This document shows positions 1 to 11,870 of a stretch of 64,000 nucleotides of DNA, piece by piece. The DNA is from Mytilus californianus. Lineage: Eukaryota. Under the pieces are notes generated by a model that saw nothing but the letters and a program-made list of their open reading frames with translations, did no database searches and had not been told where the DNA came from. Position 1 is the first letter of the stretch. Each line of letters starts with the position of its first letter. The stretch lies in the NCBI RefSeq assembly GCF_021869535.1, contig NW_026262712.1, positions 77,066,001 through 77,130,000 on the forward strand, read 5' to 3'. A program made the translations under genes and the position numbers.

Positions 1-384
1 CACATCACCAAAAAAGGCAGCATGTTTGATGACTTCACATTGAAAAAAACTTCTTTTTACAAATCATTGAAAAGGGAAGAAAAAGTTTGCCTACATATTG
101 TCTAAAAATCATTAAAGAAACAGAAAAGCGCAAGCCAGGGCCGACCGTGCTTTATAGCCAGTCAAGGTCGTTAAATGTTTGAATGTTTAGAAATGTTTTT
201 TTAACTGTGTCAAGTAGAGAACTAGCATATCTCACGGGATGTAGTGGTAGAAGCAATATTTGTCATTTTTCATAATGATATTTATAACTGCAATTACATT
301 TAAAAATGAAAATTACATAAAAAATTAATCTTTGCTCATTAAAGTTCTGTAATTTGGGTTACTGGAAATAAAACAACCAACAAT

Positions 385-806
385 AAATAATATAAAGTCC
401 CCAATTACAGTAGAAAAATCAATAAAAAAAAAATAATAAATCAATCTACTAATGAACTCAAAATCATTAACTTTTTTTTTCTAACTTTTTTTATTTTCCT
501 GCATTTGCGCAGAAATCTTTTCCTGTATCGTTTTTCTCGGGATTTGAGTAAAATATTATGGGGACGTGCCTTATAACAGTAAGCAAATCAATATAAAAAT
601 CAACATACTAATGAAATCATAGCGTTTCTGTGTTTACATTGAAAATGACGTCACAACTAAAATCCCTAACAACAGGACCAACATCGGAAACGTTTCAGTA
701 TTTCCATTTCCTTTTTAACAGATTCTGGAGTTAAAATATGCTTTAATTAAAAAAATAATTTATATGGACTTCGTCCCCTTTCACAGGTAACACCTGCCTC
801 ATATTA
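385..806. mobile_element. Unclassified non-autonomous element; second copy at ~6179-7245
   Basis: Several shared blocks (cctgcatttgc.cagaaatctttt; gtttacattgaaaat...ccctaacaaca; cttcgtcc...cacagg.aacacctgcctc). Putative TIR TAATATGAGG/CCTCATATTA. Confidence 0.45.
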
Positions 807-821
807 TATTAATACATGTAC

Positions 822-962
822 CTGTTTTGATCTTAAGATGTTCCTCTATGTTACGAAGCCTCTCTTCAACTCCTGGAAGAACATCATCTGGTTTCTCTTC
901 CTTAATTTTCAATGGACTGGTGATCTGTGTCTGTGGACCATAGAGATTTACTACTTTAGAAA
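822..962 (-). CDS. MBIP: MBIP exon: VSKVVNLYGPQT...GVEERLRNIEEHLKIKTG (141 bp, phase 1-1)
   Basis: Manual translation between AG acceptor (963-964) and GTACAT donor (816-821). Matches vertebrate MBIP motifs VSRVVNTYGPQT and VEERLQNIEAHL as I recall them. The next exon lies left of the window. Confidence 0.9.
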
Positions 963-1375
963 CTTAAATAGAAATATTTCAATAAAATCAATGATTAATT
1001 ATTCAAAATATGAGATTTATCAAGATTTTTAGTTTAAGTTTCATATTTCTTTTGTAAATTATATATAATAATATACATGTATATATTTAATGTGATTAAA
1101 CAACTGGCACAACAGTTGATAATATGGCATTATTTTACAATGACACATTCCAATGAAATATATACAAGTCAATAAAAACATAATATTATGTATCCACTCA
1201 GATTTCATGTCATCATATTATACAAAGGGAAATAACTCAAAATTAACAGATGTTTTTCAACTTTATTCTACCAAGAAGTGATTGCATTGGTTTTCAAAAA
1301 ACTGTATGTACCCTTGTATCCCTTATAATATTGAAAAACTGTGATAGAAAAACATACAAAAAAAATATTTCTCAC

Positions 1376-1447
1376 CTTTAATGTGGCTCTTTCCGCCAGG
1401 TCTAGATAAAAATACAGCATTTACCCTGGCACAACTGTCATCAGGGT
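1376..1447 (-). CDS. MBIP: MBIP exon: DPDDSCARVNAVFLSRPGGKSHIKV (72 bp, phase 1-1)
   Basis: TTTAG acceptor, GTGAG donor; matches MBIP SCARTDAIF...KSHVKV. Confidence 0.9.
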
Positions 1448-2299
1448 CTAAATATAATTGGATACAAATTTGTTAATAGGATGATTTATTCCCCTTGTAA
1501 AACACAAACCTAGGTTGTATTTATCTATAATATTTAGATGAAATTATGCTTTTAATAGCTAAGGCACAAAAAAGATAAAGATAAGAGAGAGACCCAAACA
1601 ACTATTCCACTCTCTGTTCTCTATGGCAAAACAATGTAATATATTTTATCTGCTTCAATATTGTAGCACGTGCTAACAAGGTCAACAATAATTGGAATGA
1701 AAATGCACTTATTATAAAAGTGTTAATTTTTCATGGCCATTTTTTTTAGGTCATTTAGTGTTGTAGTAAAATGTATTTGCATCACTGTAGTCTATAGACA
1801 CTTGATTTCTGTACTATTATAGTATAACATGAGTTCCAGTTTATTGTACCATGTAAAATCTCAGCACCAATCTATGTATTTGATATTTTCTCAGTTGTCT
1901 GTTTTTATCCGAGTTCAAAAGTTTTACTGTGTATGTCAAAAAAATGACTGGATATCCTAGTCAATATCAAATAATTTATGGTAAGAAAAATAAAAGGTGG
2001 ATAGCCTACAATTCAAAATACTGCATATAGTTCTGGAAAGTTTTGTTGAGAGTATTAATTAATCATGCAAAAATTTAAGCCATTGAGAATTGATCTTTTG
2101 TTAAATGATAAACCAGCTCTGAAAGTTTCCTGATTAATTTTTTCATTTATCTCAGAGTTTTTCAGGGGGTGAGGCCCCTTGCCCTATTTCCATGAGGCCC
2201 TGCCCTTATTTGTAGAAGTTTAAGGTACTCTAAAAGTGTAGTCTTAAGCGCTAAAGAAACCCTTAAAGTGTTGCCATTCATGCTTCACGTGTTCTCTGA

Positions 2300-3430
2300 A
2301 TAAAATAAAATGCTCCGCTGGGCCAGCTTGATACGACCGCAGAGGTCGAACCCAGAACAGTTGGGGCAAGTATGGACACAACATTCAAGCTTGATACAGC
2401 ATTGAATTTGGATTGTGATTAAATATTTGACACAGCATAGGTTTCTGACACAGAATGAATGTGGTCTAGGAACTTAAAAAATTTTAATTTACCTATTCAA
2501 ACCATATCATTATTATTTGCTTTAATATATAAATCAGAAATAACCAATTTAAAATGGAAAATTTTGAAGAAAATAAAAAAGGAAAAAAAATCCCTCCCCC
2601 AAATTTTTTGAACCCCCTTAAAATTCATCACCCCCAAACTCAATCCCAGCCTTCACTTTGTGGTATGGTACCTTGCAGTACAATTTCAGAGAGATCCATA
2701 CACTTGAACACAAGTTATTGTCTGGAAACTAGAAAAATGCTTGTTTTTAGGCCCCTTTTTGGCCCCAAATTCCAAAACGTGTAGGGCAATTACCCCCAAA
2801 CTCAAACCAAGCTTTCCCTTTTTGATATGAAACCTTGTAATACAATTTCATAAAGATCCATACACTTACACACAAGTTATTGTCTGGAAACTAGAAAAAT
2901 GTTTGTTTTTTGCCCCTTTTTGGCCCCTAATTCCTAAAATTTTGAGGCAATTATCCCCAAAATCAATCCCAGCCTTCCCTTTGTGGTATGGTACCTTGCA
3001 GTACAATTTCAGAGAGATCCATACACTTGAACACAAGTTATTGTCTGGAAACTAGAAAAATGCTTATTTTTGGCCCTTAATTCCTTAAATTTTGAGGCAA
3101 TTACCCCCAAAATCAATCCCAGCATTTCCTTTGTGATATGGAACCTTGTGGTACAATGTCAGAGAGATCCATACACTAACACACAAGTTATTGTCTGGAA
3201 GTTACAAAAATGCTTATTTTTGGCCCCTAATTCCTTAACTAATGATACCATAACCCCCAAAATCAATCCCAACCTTCCTTTTGTGGTATTGAACCTTATG
3301 GTAAAATTTCATAGAGATCCATTCACTTAAACTAAAGTTAGAGTGCAAAAACCAATGTGTCTTGGGACAACGACAACGACGCCGTCATACCAATATACAA
3401 CCGCCACTCTTTCTTTTTTGAAAGCTGCAG
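2300..3430. mobile_element. Helentron/DINE-1-like non-autonomous element with an internal ~150-163 bp satellite (about 4-5 units) and a GACAAC microsatellite
   Basis: Units start ccccaaa.tcaatcccagc at ~2631, 2794, 2955, 3105, 3254. atac(g/a)accgc motifs occur near both ends. Family assignment is by architecture only. Confidence 0.55.
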
Positions 3431-3444
3431 GAAACACTACATAC

Positions 3445-3538
3445 CCTCATCTGTGAAAACAGAACAGAACTCTTTCCTATTGTACTCATCTACTTCTTGT
3501 CTTTTCTGTTCAATAAAAGCAGCTATTCTTCTGTCTAT
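3445..3538 (-). CDS. MBIP: MBIP exon: IDRRIAAFIEQKRQEVDEYNRKEFCSVFTDE (94 bp, phase 0-1)
   Basis: AG/GTATGT boundaries; matches MBIP IDRRISAFIERKQAEINENNVREFC. Confidence 0.92.
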
Positions 3539-3729
3539 CTTTAAAAATAAAATAATAATAGCATGCTATCTTTACAGCTTATGATTTTGTTAAAATTGCA
3601 GTGAAACTCTTTTAACAGGAATAGGTTTAATAATCTTCTTTAGAACCAGGAAATTTCTATTCATCTATAAAATAATTCACATCAAACATACATCTGAATT
3701 GGTGGCAGACACAGATACATGTAAAAGAG

Positions 3730-4410
3730 AGGCACAAGATACCAAAGGGACATTCAAACTCATAAGTCGAAATAAGCTGACAAAGTCATGGTAAAAAAAG
3801 AAAAAGACCAAAACACAACAGAGAAAAACTAAAGACTGAGCAACATGAACCACACCAAAAACTAAGGGCAATCTCAGGTGCTCCAGAAGGGTATGTAGAC
3901 CCTGCTACACATGTGGCACCTGTCCTATTGCTCATGTAAATATAAACCCAGTGATAAGTCTAATTAGGTAGGTCACATTCTGGGAAAAGAGGACAGGATT
4001 GGAACATGCCAGTCGTCATCTGTGAAACAGATATTCCATAGCAGTCAACCAACTTGTGATGGCATTCATAAAATCTAAGAAGGAATCATTTCAACTTCAC
4101 CACTTGGATTTCTTGGTATTATAACTTCCTTGTGAGCAGCAACCCTATATCAAGGAAATCATGATAGGAAATACAAGCTCTGGAATGTTGTATCAACTGA
4201 GCGATATATACTTCATATGCAGGCGCTGCTGGAATGTTACTGCATAGAAATGGAAAGTTCACAATTGGGAAGCTGAAAGCATCTCTTTGTCATAAAGTTT
4301 GTTTTCAACTGACCCTTATTGTAAATTTCTAGATGTAAGTCAAGATATGAGACAGACTTAACTGTATCTGTTGTATCCAAATGTATCTGAATGTAACAAA
4401 TGAAATGGGT
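3730..4410 (-). pseudogene. Penelope-like element 3' fragment (RT C-terminal region plus 3' terminal repeat)
   Basis: Frameshifted DTTDTVKSVSYLDLHLEI...LYDKRDAFSFPIVNFPFLCSNIPAAPAYEVYISQLI, followed by the terminal repeat family seen many times in the window. Confidence 0.75.
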
Positions 4411-4893
4411 TTTGTCTGTCAGCATGTGTGTCAGTCTCACATAACTGCCACATTTTTCTTTCCAAGTACTAATGGCAGCTCCTTGGTATTTAATACCATA
4501 CTACATAGAAATGGACATGCATTAACATTTATATGGTAAACAGGAAGTAAAATTGCCTTCACCTGAAAATGTGTAATTGTAATACTTTTCCAGATAAATT
4601 TTGGTATTAGAAAAGATATATGCTCAATAAAAGTATGTTCTGTGTGTCAATCTCATATTTCTACCACACTTTATTCATATTAAAGATAAATTTGTATCTT
4701 TTGTAAAGGGGGAAAAATCTTGCAAACTCATGACAAGGTAGAAAACATTTGAACTGAAGGAAATTGATTAGCAAGCCTGAGCCAACATATAAACCCCATT
4801 TCAATGAAAAGATAGAAGTCCTCCCTCAATAATAAAAATTGCTCCTATTTTTTACTTTTTACTACAAATAATGACTTCCTACTAAATACCAAC

Positions 4894-5081
4894 CTCATCA
4901 TTGGAAGCTTTGATTTGAATAAGATGTGATTCATCATTTCTGTTAGAAAGCTGATTTCTGTTGGCTTCTTCTAGATGTAATTCATCTGTCTTGTTAGGTT
5001 GCTGAATTTTATATGTTTCTTCTTGTCTCTTTCCACTTGAATCAAATTCTTCAGCTTGCATACTGTTTACATCATTGACTG
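4894..5081 (-). CDS. MBIP: MBIP exon: VNDVNSMQAEEF...HLIQIKASNDE (188 bp, phase 1-0)
   Basis: Open frame ending in IQIKASNDE (cf. MBIP VQIKAGKAE), phase-compatible with the next exon; GTTGGT donor. Confidence 0.82.
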
Positions 5082-5146
5082 CTTAAAATAATATTACATT
5101 TTTTGCACATCATTAGTTCTAAAAAAAGTAAGCTAAAATGACATAC

Positions 5147-5195
5147 AAGAGCTGAACTTGAAGTAAGCCATTAATTTATCCATGCTAGGAAAATT
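5147..5195 (-). CDS. MBIP: Probable MBIP exon NFPSMDKLMAYFKFSS (49 bp, phase 0-1)
   Basis: Pyrimidine-rich CAG acceptor, GTATGT donor, phases bridge the neighbouring exons. No recognisable homology. Confidence 0.6.
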
Positions 5196-5245
5196 CTGCT
5201 CGAAGAAGGAACTGAAGAGTAACGAACATGCATGTCAGTAATAAC

Positions 5246-5980
5246 TAGGGATGTTAACTCGGTGAACAATTACTAATCGAGTACTCGTTGGTTTTATGAA
5301 TACGTATTTTACATTCTGTGGTTTTTTGTTTAACGGACGAAAATCCATCTACATTATAAGTATCTGGTACAAGGAATTACACACCAAAATTAAAAGCTCA
5401 TTACCTACAAGTACTAATTAAGTAAAAAAAAACAATGATCTAATCAATATAATTTAATGAACACTTATTTAATATCAAACAATAGTATTTCGTAATCGTT
5501 AAGAAAACACATTTAATGTTTACAAAGGCGTAAGGATCAGAAGTTTAACTTTTCACTGAGGGTCACCAGAGGATGCAAAGAATTCATTTTATTTGGAAAC
5601 ATTTTCTTGTCAACTATTATTGGGGACAGTCGGTTTTTCAATTTTGTAACTAACACAGTCTTGCAGACGAAAATATTTGCTCTGATGGTACTGATGTGAC
5701 GGAATGGCTGACATGTTTAGTTTAAAGTGTTAGCCTAGGTATAGGCCACATATTTTCAATTTAGCACAAGAATTCGAAACAAAATGCATTTTATTTACTA
5801 GTATGATTTACCAGTGATGTTTATTTAATTTTCCGAAAGAGGTTCTCAAGAAGATCAATTTTATATAAAGAAGACAGCAATATTCTAACAGGAAACCGAT
5901 TAGTCGAGTATGGTTTTGGTATTCGATACTAGGTACTACCAAGTGATACCTGAATACTCGAGTACTCGTTGACATCCCTA
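5246..5980. mobile_element. hAT-type MITE in an MBIP intron
   Basis: TIR TAGGGATG(T/C).AAC / GTTGACATCCCTA; perfect 8-bp TSD GTAATAAC at 5238-5245 and 5981-5988. Confidence 0.85.
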
Positions 5981-6113
5981 GTAATAACATAATCTGATGA
6001 AAATATAATTAAAGAAATGGTAACATGTAACTGATAAAAAATTAAAAAGGGAATGTCTTTATTATGCTAAAATTATCAGTAAAGAAAAAACACAACACGA
6101 CCTAAATACTCAC

Positions 6114-6165
6114 CACTCTCATTTTGTACTTTTGATTTAATGCAGATAGACCATTATGTAATTCC
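6114..6165 (-). CDS. MBIP: Probable MBIP exon ELHNGLSALNQKYKMRV (52 bp, phase 2-0)
   Basis: TAG acceptor, strong GTGAGT donor, only one open frame, phase-compatible. Confidence 0.55.
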
Positions 6166-6382
6166 CTAAGACATACATGTAATATGAGGACAAAGTCCTC
6201 ATTTACAGTTGAAAATTCAGTAAAAAGCAAAAATCAATATACTAATGAATCCAAAATCTTTTTTTTTCAGCTTCCTGCATTTGCACAGAAATCTTTTCTA
6301 GTATGGTTCTCTCTTCCAGTATTATTTGTCTCGGGGCTTTGAAAAAGTAAACTCATCATAGATATCAGGATTACAATTTTGT

Positions 6383-6426
6383 ACGTCAGATGCGCATTTC
6401 GTCGACAAAAAACTCATCAGTGACTC
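6383..6426 (-). ncRNA. Type-I hammerhead ribozyme motif, family 1
   Basis: Minus strand GAGTCA-CTGATGA-GTT(ttttgtc)GAC-GAAA-TGCGCA-TC-TGACGT; palindromic stem III ATGCGCAT; 4-bp stem I. Confidence 0.65.
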
Positions 6427-7351
6427 TTAAATCAAAAAAGTTTAAAAAGCAAAATAAAGTACAAAGTGGAAGAGTATTGAGGACCCAAAAGTCTGAGAGG
6501 TTTGCCAAATAAAGCTAAGGTAATCTATAAGATATCAATTGGTTTCCCACAAACTTTTTGTACATGTATCTGATTACCAAAAGAAATTTTGGCAGTTAAT
6601 AAACAATGAAAATAAATTCAGTATTGTTTCGAATGAGACTACTGTAGTAAGTGCTTATTCAGCATATGATTTTATAGCAAACAAAATGTATTCTGTGGGG
6701 AAACGAGTCACCTGGTCAATTAGGCAGATTTCTGATACAGAAAGATTAATAAATGATACATGTACATGTAAGCCAACTGTTTATCTTTGTCGTTTAAAGG
6801 GGTAAATTATTATATCTCAAAAGACTATAATATTGAAAGAACTTTACCTGAAGATAGCGTACATTTGTTTACATTGAAAATTACTTCATAACTAAATTCC
6901 CTAACAACAAGACCAACGTTGGAAACGTAAACCCGCATTTCCGTTACTTTTTCATCAGAAATTAAAAATATACTTGGAATTCGTTATTTTGTACAGGGTT
7001 ATTTATTGTTTTGCCCTTGTTGAAGCCAATGATGTAGGGTATCTCAAAAGTTACGGGTTTATTTTTAATACAGTTTTTTTGTGTTTTTTTTGGTCATATT
7101 TGTAAAATGTAAAAATAATTAACAGCCTTGTACTTTTGTAGTACAATTTACTGTAGTTTTATTTTTGCAAAAATCAGTATTTAAATAATTATTCTGATAT
7201 TCATACGTACTTCGTCCTTTTTCACAGGAAACACCTGCCTCAATTATATTGGTTGTATACTATTCCCAGCTACATGAATTCCTTTTTGAACTTTACACAC
7301 AATTTAGATTTTAGTTGAAATGCCTACCTGTATTCTACCTCGTTTACTCAC

Positions 7352-7502
7352 TCGACCATATTTTTATAGATAGTATTCCAGTTTTTTCAATGCATATATT
7401 TACCTTATCGATCTGCGGCGTTGTAGCTTCGAAAATAATCAAACAGAATGTAAAAATACATTTTTCAGCATTTCCTAACGTGCTAAATATTATACCGGAA
7501 GT
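7352..7502 (-). promoter_or_regulatory. Candidate MBIP promoter/first exon: ETS-type CCGGAAGT (7495-7502) and ATG GTC GA|GTGAGT (7352-7359, phase 2)
   Basis: ETS core motif typical of housekeeping promoters. The phase-2 donor fits the 6114-6165 exon. A competing donor AAG|GTAAAT lies near 7403. Confidence 0.3.
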
Positions 7503-7731
7503 CAATATTCTAGGTCATAAAATGTTGGATGGTGCGAACGTGATATTTTCCCGGGACCAATAGATGTCTTTATTCCCTAAACCTCGTCATACCAAAATTA
7601 CAAGTCAAATCAGAATTTATTTTGCTTGATACTGTTTATCATTAAAACATTAAATCAATCTTTAATAAATGTAGTTTTACCATAAATTTGCTAAAAGGCG
7701 AAATCTAATATTTTCGGATTAGGGACTGGTC

Positions 7732-9114
7732 TGGTCATTTGTAACCTGAAGGGAGTAGGAATAAAATAAGGGGGGGGGGCTTGAAAATTTAAGGGAATGG
7801 AAAGGGGGTGTCCAATTTTTCAATCTACAGAGGGGCGGGGCATCGAATAATTTTTGCGACCCACACCCAACTCTTCCCCATACAATAAACAAATATATTT
7901 TTTTGCACAATAGATGATTTTTTTTTCGTCTTGCTCCGCTCGACTCAATTGTTAAGATTCAAATCCTAAATTTCAACATCTTCTTCCAGGAATGTATTTT
8001 TATCTGAAGTTAGTTTACCAGGATATATATGAACAATGTACTGAAATTGATTGGTAAATGTCAATGGCACCATAACCGGCATATTCCTTTGGTCCCTTCT
8101 GACGGTGTAATAACATATTTCACAACTTGCTTCCTATGCCCATGTCTGTGGTTGATTTTAGATTTCAATGAACATAATTTATGTATAATTAGTAAATTTA
8201 AAGGCAGGGATTTTATTACCACAAATTAATAAAAACCTTTACCAAATTATTTCATAGATATAAAAATTTGGTTAGAAAGTTTGGCTGTATCCCTTTAATA
8301 CAAAAAGGATATCCTATCCTAATTTTTACGGTGATGTTGTTAATAAAAATTTAGACATATTCCATGTTAACTAATTATTCCTTTGATGACAATTATTCTT
8401 AAGATTATCAATTTAACACAGAAGTTAAATCTTTAAATATTGTTTTATAACAGTACTATATGTTGCTATATATGTACAGTAATCATAACTTATGATTCTA
8501 CATCCTGTAGATACTGTTTACTTATATTTTGTCATTGCACAAGGTCATGCGTTTCTCAGACTGTTTATGACGTTTTTACACTTAATCCTTTGGATGTGTA
8601 CTGGTTGATACTTTAGTCTGAGAAAACATGATTTATTTATTAATTGCAATGGGTTTTGAAATAGCTTCCAGTAACTGCGAGTACTCTTTGTTCGGTGCTT
8701 TGTTTCTATTGTTTTTGTGCCTCTTACCGATCTTTTGAGTTGAAAACTGCACCTGATTTTTACAGTTTGTTCTTATGTTGTGCTAGCTGTTACACCGCTG
8801 TCCCAGGTTAAGGAAGGGTTGAGTGCTCACACACATGATAATCCTGCCACATTCTTTCTGTGCCTGTCCCAAGTCAGAAGCCTCTAGTACACTGGTTGTC
8901 TTGGTACAGGTCGGTCATACATGTATGCATGTATGTTTGTTATAAAGAATAACAGTATTGAAAGTGTTTCTTTTGGGGGGGTTGAAATTTTCATGTCTTT
9001 GGAAGGTGGGGGTCTTGAATTTATTTTCCTTCATCAAGGTGGGGACTTGAAAAAAATAAGAGAAATTCTAATGTTTCCTCCCACCCCCTCCAATGAAAGA
9101 AAATGACCAGTCCC
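7732..9114. mobile_element. PIF/Harbinger-like non-autonomous element, copy 1
   Basis: TIR GGGACTGGTC(ATT)/AATGACCAGTCCC, TTA TSD on both sides; collinear with 32020-33808. Confidence 0.75.
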
Positions 9115-9568
9115 TTAGTAAAAATTTTTCAAAATGTGGTTATGCCAAAAAATTGCTTTTAGTAGGTGATATGTATGAATTGAAAAATACACCGAAAATT
9201 CTTTTTATCGGAAATACATTTGAAGTACAAGTAAGACTCACTGAACAATACCAAACAAGTTAAAATTTGGCACTGTTACTCTCAAGAGTTCAAAATACAT
9301 GTATACTTGGAGAGACAAAACAACATGTACGATAATTGCCAATTTTCCACCGGTTAAATAAATGTGTTACATTTCATGACGGATACCATCACGAAAAAAA
9401 AAATTGAGTGTATAAAACAGTAATTTTATTTCTAGTAGCAGTGACCTTGATCTTTGACCTGTTGACCCAAAAGTCTATCCTTTATTTTGTCCCTTCCTTA
9501 TATGTTTCATTTGAATCAAACAAGGGAAACTCAAGCTACCATTTGGAAACAATGTCATGTTCGTGACT

Positions 9569-9733
9569 TTAAAATTTACTACTGTGTCATTTTCCTGGGT
9601 TTAACATTTACTGCTGTGGCATGTTCCTTGCTTTATCATTTACTACTGTGTCATGTTCCTGGCTTTATCATTTACTACTGTGTCATGTTCCTGGCTTTAT
9701 CATTTACTACTGTGTCATGTTCCTGGCTTTAAC
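9569..9733. repeat. 32-bp minisatellite, ~5 copies, next to a GTGACCTTGATCTTTGACC Helentron-type fragment (~9430-9550)
   Basis: Unit ttatcatttactactgtgtcatgttcctggct. Confidence 0.85.
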
Positions 9734-10810
9734 ATGACTATGGAATTGTATAATATCAGTATTTCTTTACTCTTTCAACATGTCTGGTCTGTCTTCGTTT
9801 GGAGTTTATGCAATTGGTTTTGCTTCCATTTGTTTTGTCTGTTTGTACCTAAACTTGTAATGTTTCTTCTGTCGTCGCCCGTATTTTACTTTCATATTTT
9901 GTAACTGGTTCTTGAACTTTTCATCTTAGCTCATCAACTTCCATTTTGTAGCGATTAATCCATTTCAAATAAGATCATGAAATCAACTATTTTGTACTTT
10001 TTGTCAAAACATTATGCCAAGTAAACTTTCATTGTGTACCTAAACAAATGTCTATTACAATACAAAACAACATAAGGAAAAAAGAAGACAAATAAATAAG
10101 AGGTGTCGATTGATAAACTATGGCTTGTATCTAACATTTTACGAATATACGTATATGAAATATACAACATAAACACAAAACCAACAAAAAGCAAAATTTA
10201 CAATTAGCGAAAACATAAACAAACAAACGAAAAAACCATAAAACAAACAACACAAAAACAAACAAAAAACAATCAAACAGACGTACAAAATAGGTTTTTA
10301 ATTTTTATGTCCCCTTTAAGAACTGTGTGAATACGATTCAAATTTTGAGGAGCACATTACCTTGGAATACTAGTATTTTGAAACAATCTTTTTACATGTT
10401 ATGGGAAAAAAAATTGTGGTTACCGTGGTTACGACCAGTAAGCTAAGAGTAAAGTGGATTTGTTATTTAAATTTTCTGATAAAAAAAACCTGGTAAGATA
10501 ATCCAGTTGGATATAAAAACGTCTATTTAAAAATTACCACAACTAGTTATGATTAACAAGTTTGAATTGTATTACTATCCTTTTTTTAACAAACATTAGA
10601 TGTCGTTAGTCGGTGTCGAGAGTTATTGAAAATGTCTAATAGCGGAACAGAACCTGTTTACCATTCCAGAGCACATGATTTCACTCCCGATTTTTGGTGG
10701 GGTACTTGCTGCTTAATCTTTTGTTCCTTGTATTGCATTTCGAGAACTTCTGTTTGTTTTTTCCGGTTTTTCTTCCGAATATGGTGTTGTTTGTCCTGCT
10801 TTGACTTACA

Positions 10811-10940
10811 ATTGTGATTGTCCTATTGGTATTGTGATTGTCCTATTGGTATTGTGATTGTCCTATTGGTATTGTGATTGACCTATTGGTATTGTGGTTG
10901 TCCTATTGGTATTGTGATTGTCCTATTGGTATTGTGATTG
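10811..10940. repeat. 20-bp minisatellite, 6.5 copies, at the 3' end of a PLE terminal-repeat copy (~10640-10830)
   Basis: Unit attgtgattgtcctattggt. Confidence 0.9.
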
Positions 10941-11603
10941 TTCTTTAGATAAGACTACAATAAACACTTTTTGTTATAAAACGTATAATTTCTCCACCTA
11001 TGTTTACCTAATACTATCATAAGACAGTCCTGACAAAAACCGTTATGCGAGAGTTTCGAAAATGTTGCTCTGCGCCTCAGGATGTATGAATTTTCCACAC
11101 CGGTGTAAAATTCTGTACACCCCTGATTACACCAAGATAACTAATAATCTCTAACTGATAACACTGATTCGACCAGCTCAATTTCTAGAAAAAATATTTG
11201 TGGATATTAGTATCCAACATTTCGTACAATTTTATGTTTTGTATCAACTTTTCAGTTGATATGTAACAAAACATTGTAAACAAAAAAGATTAGGCTGTTT
11301 ATTTTTAAATGTACTCTAGTACTATATAACTATTAAATCGATGTAACGCTTAATCTGAACAACGCCTAAATATATTAATAGGAAAAAAAGTTCTATCTAG
11401 ACTGTTAGCTATGAGTGTTGTTTATTTAATTTTATGCAGCGTACACAATTGGTATGTAGAACATTAAGGTAAATTCGTTCTTTTTTTCAGAAGATACATT
11501 GTACAATATAGTACAATCTATATTATTTCGCTCAGGCAATTAATATCTTTGAACACAACCAATGATCATTGACGAACACATTGGAACCTACTGTAGTGTT
11601 GAT

Positions 11604-11718
11604 ATCTATATAATGTATATAGGTAAAAGGCTATCTATACAATGTGTATAGGTAAAAGGCGATCTATACAATGTGTATAGGTAAAAGGCGATCTATACAA
11701 TGTGTATAGGTAGAAGGC
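11604..11718. repeat. 29-bp minisatellite, ~4 copies
   Basis: Unit atctatacaatgtgtataggtaaaaggcg with an internal ctatac/gtatag hairpin. Confidence 0.85.
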
Positions 11719-11870
11719 AAAATTAGTTTACCGATGGTCAAAACCAATTTTGAATACTAGTATACAAACCAAAGAAAAACACGAGGGAATCGCGTGATGT
11801 AGACCTTTTAAACGTGATGTTGATTTCAGTCGTTCTTCTTCACAACCCTGATATAGGAGTATTTCCGTTA

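Noticed and set aside
1-820. Next MBIP exon (expected PVPxDIYxRxKxLEDxIL)
   Set aside because: Not found by eye; presumably left of the window.
838-1032. Plus-strand 64-aa ORF and most other 60-120 aa ORFs in the track
   Set aside because: Antisense shadows of real exons or repeat-derived, low-complexity frames with no recognisable motifs.
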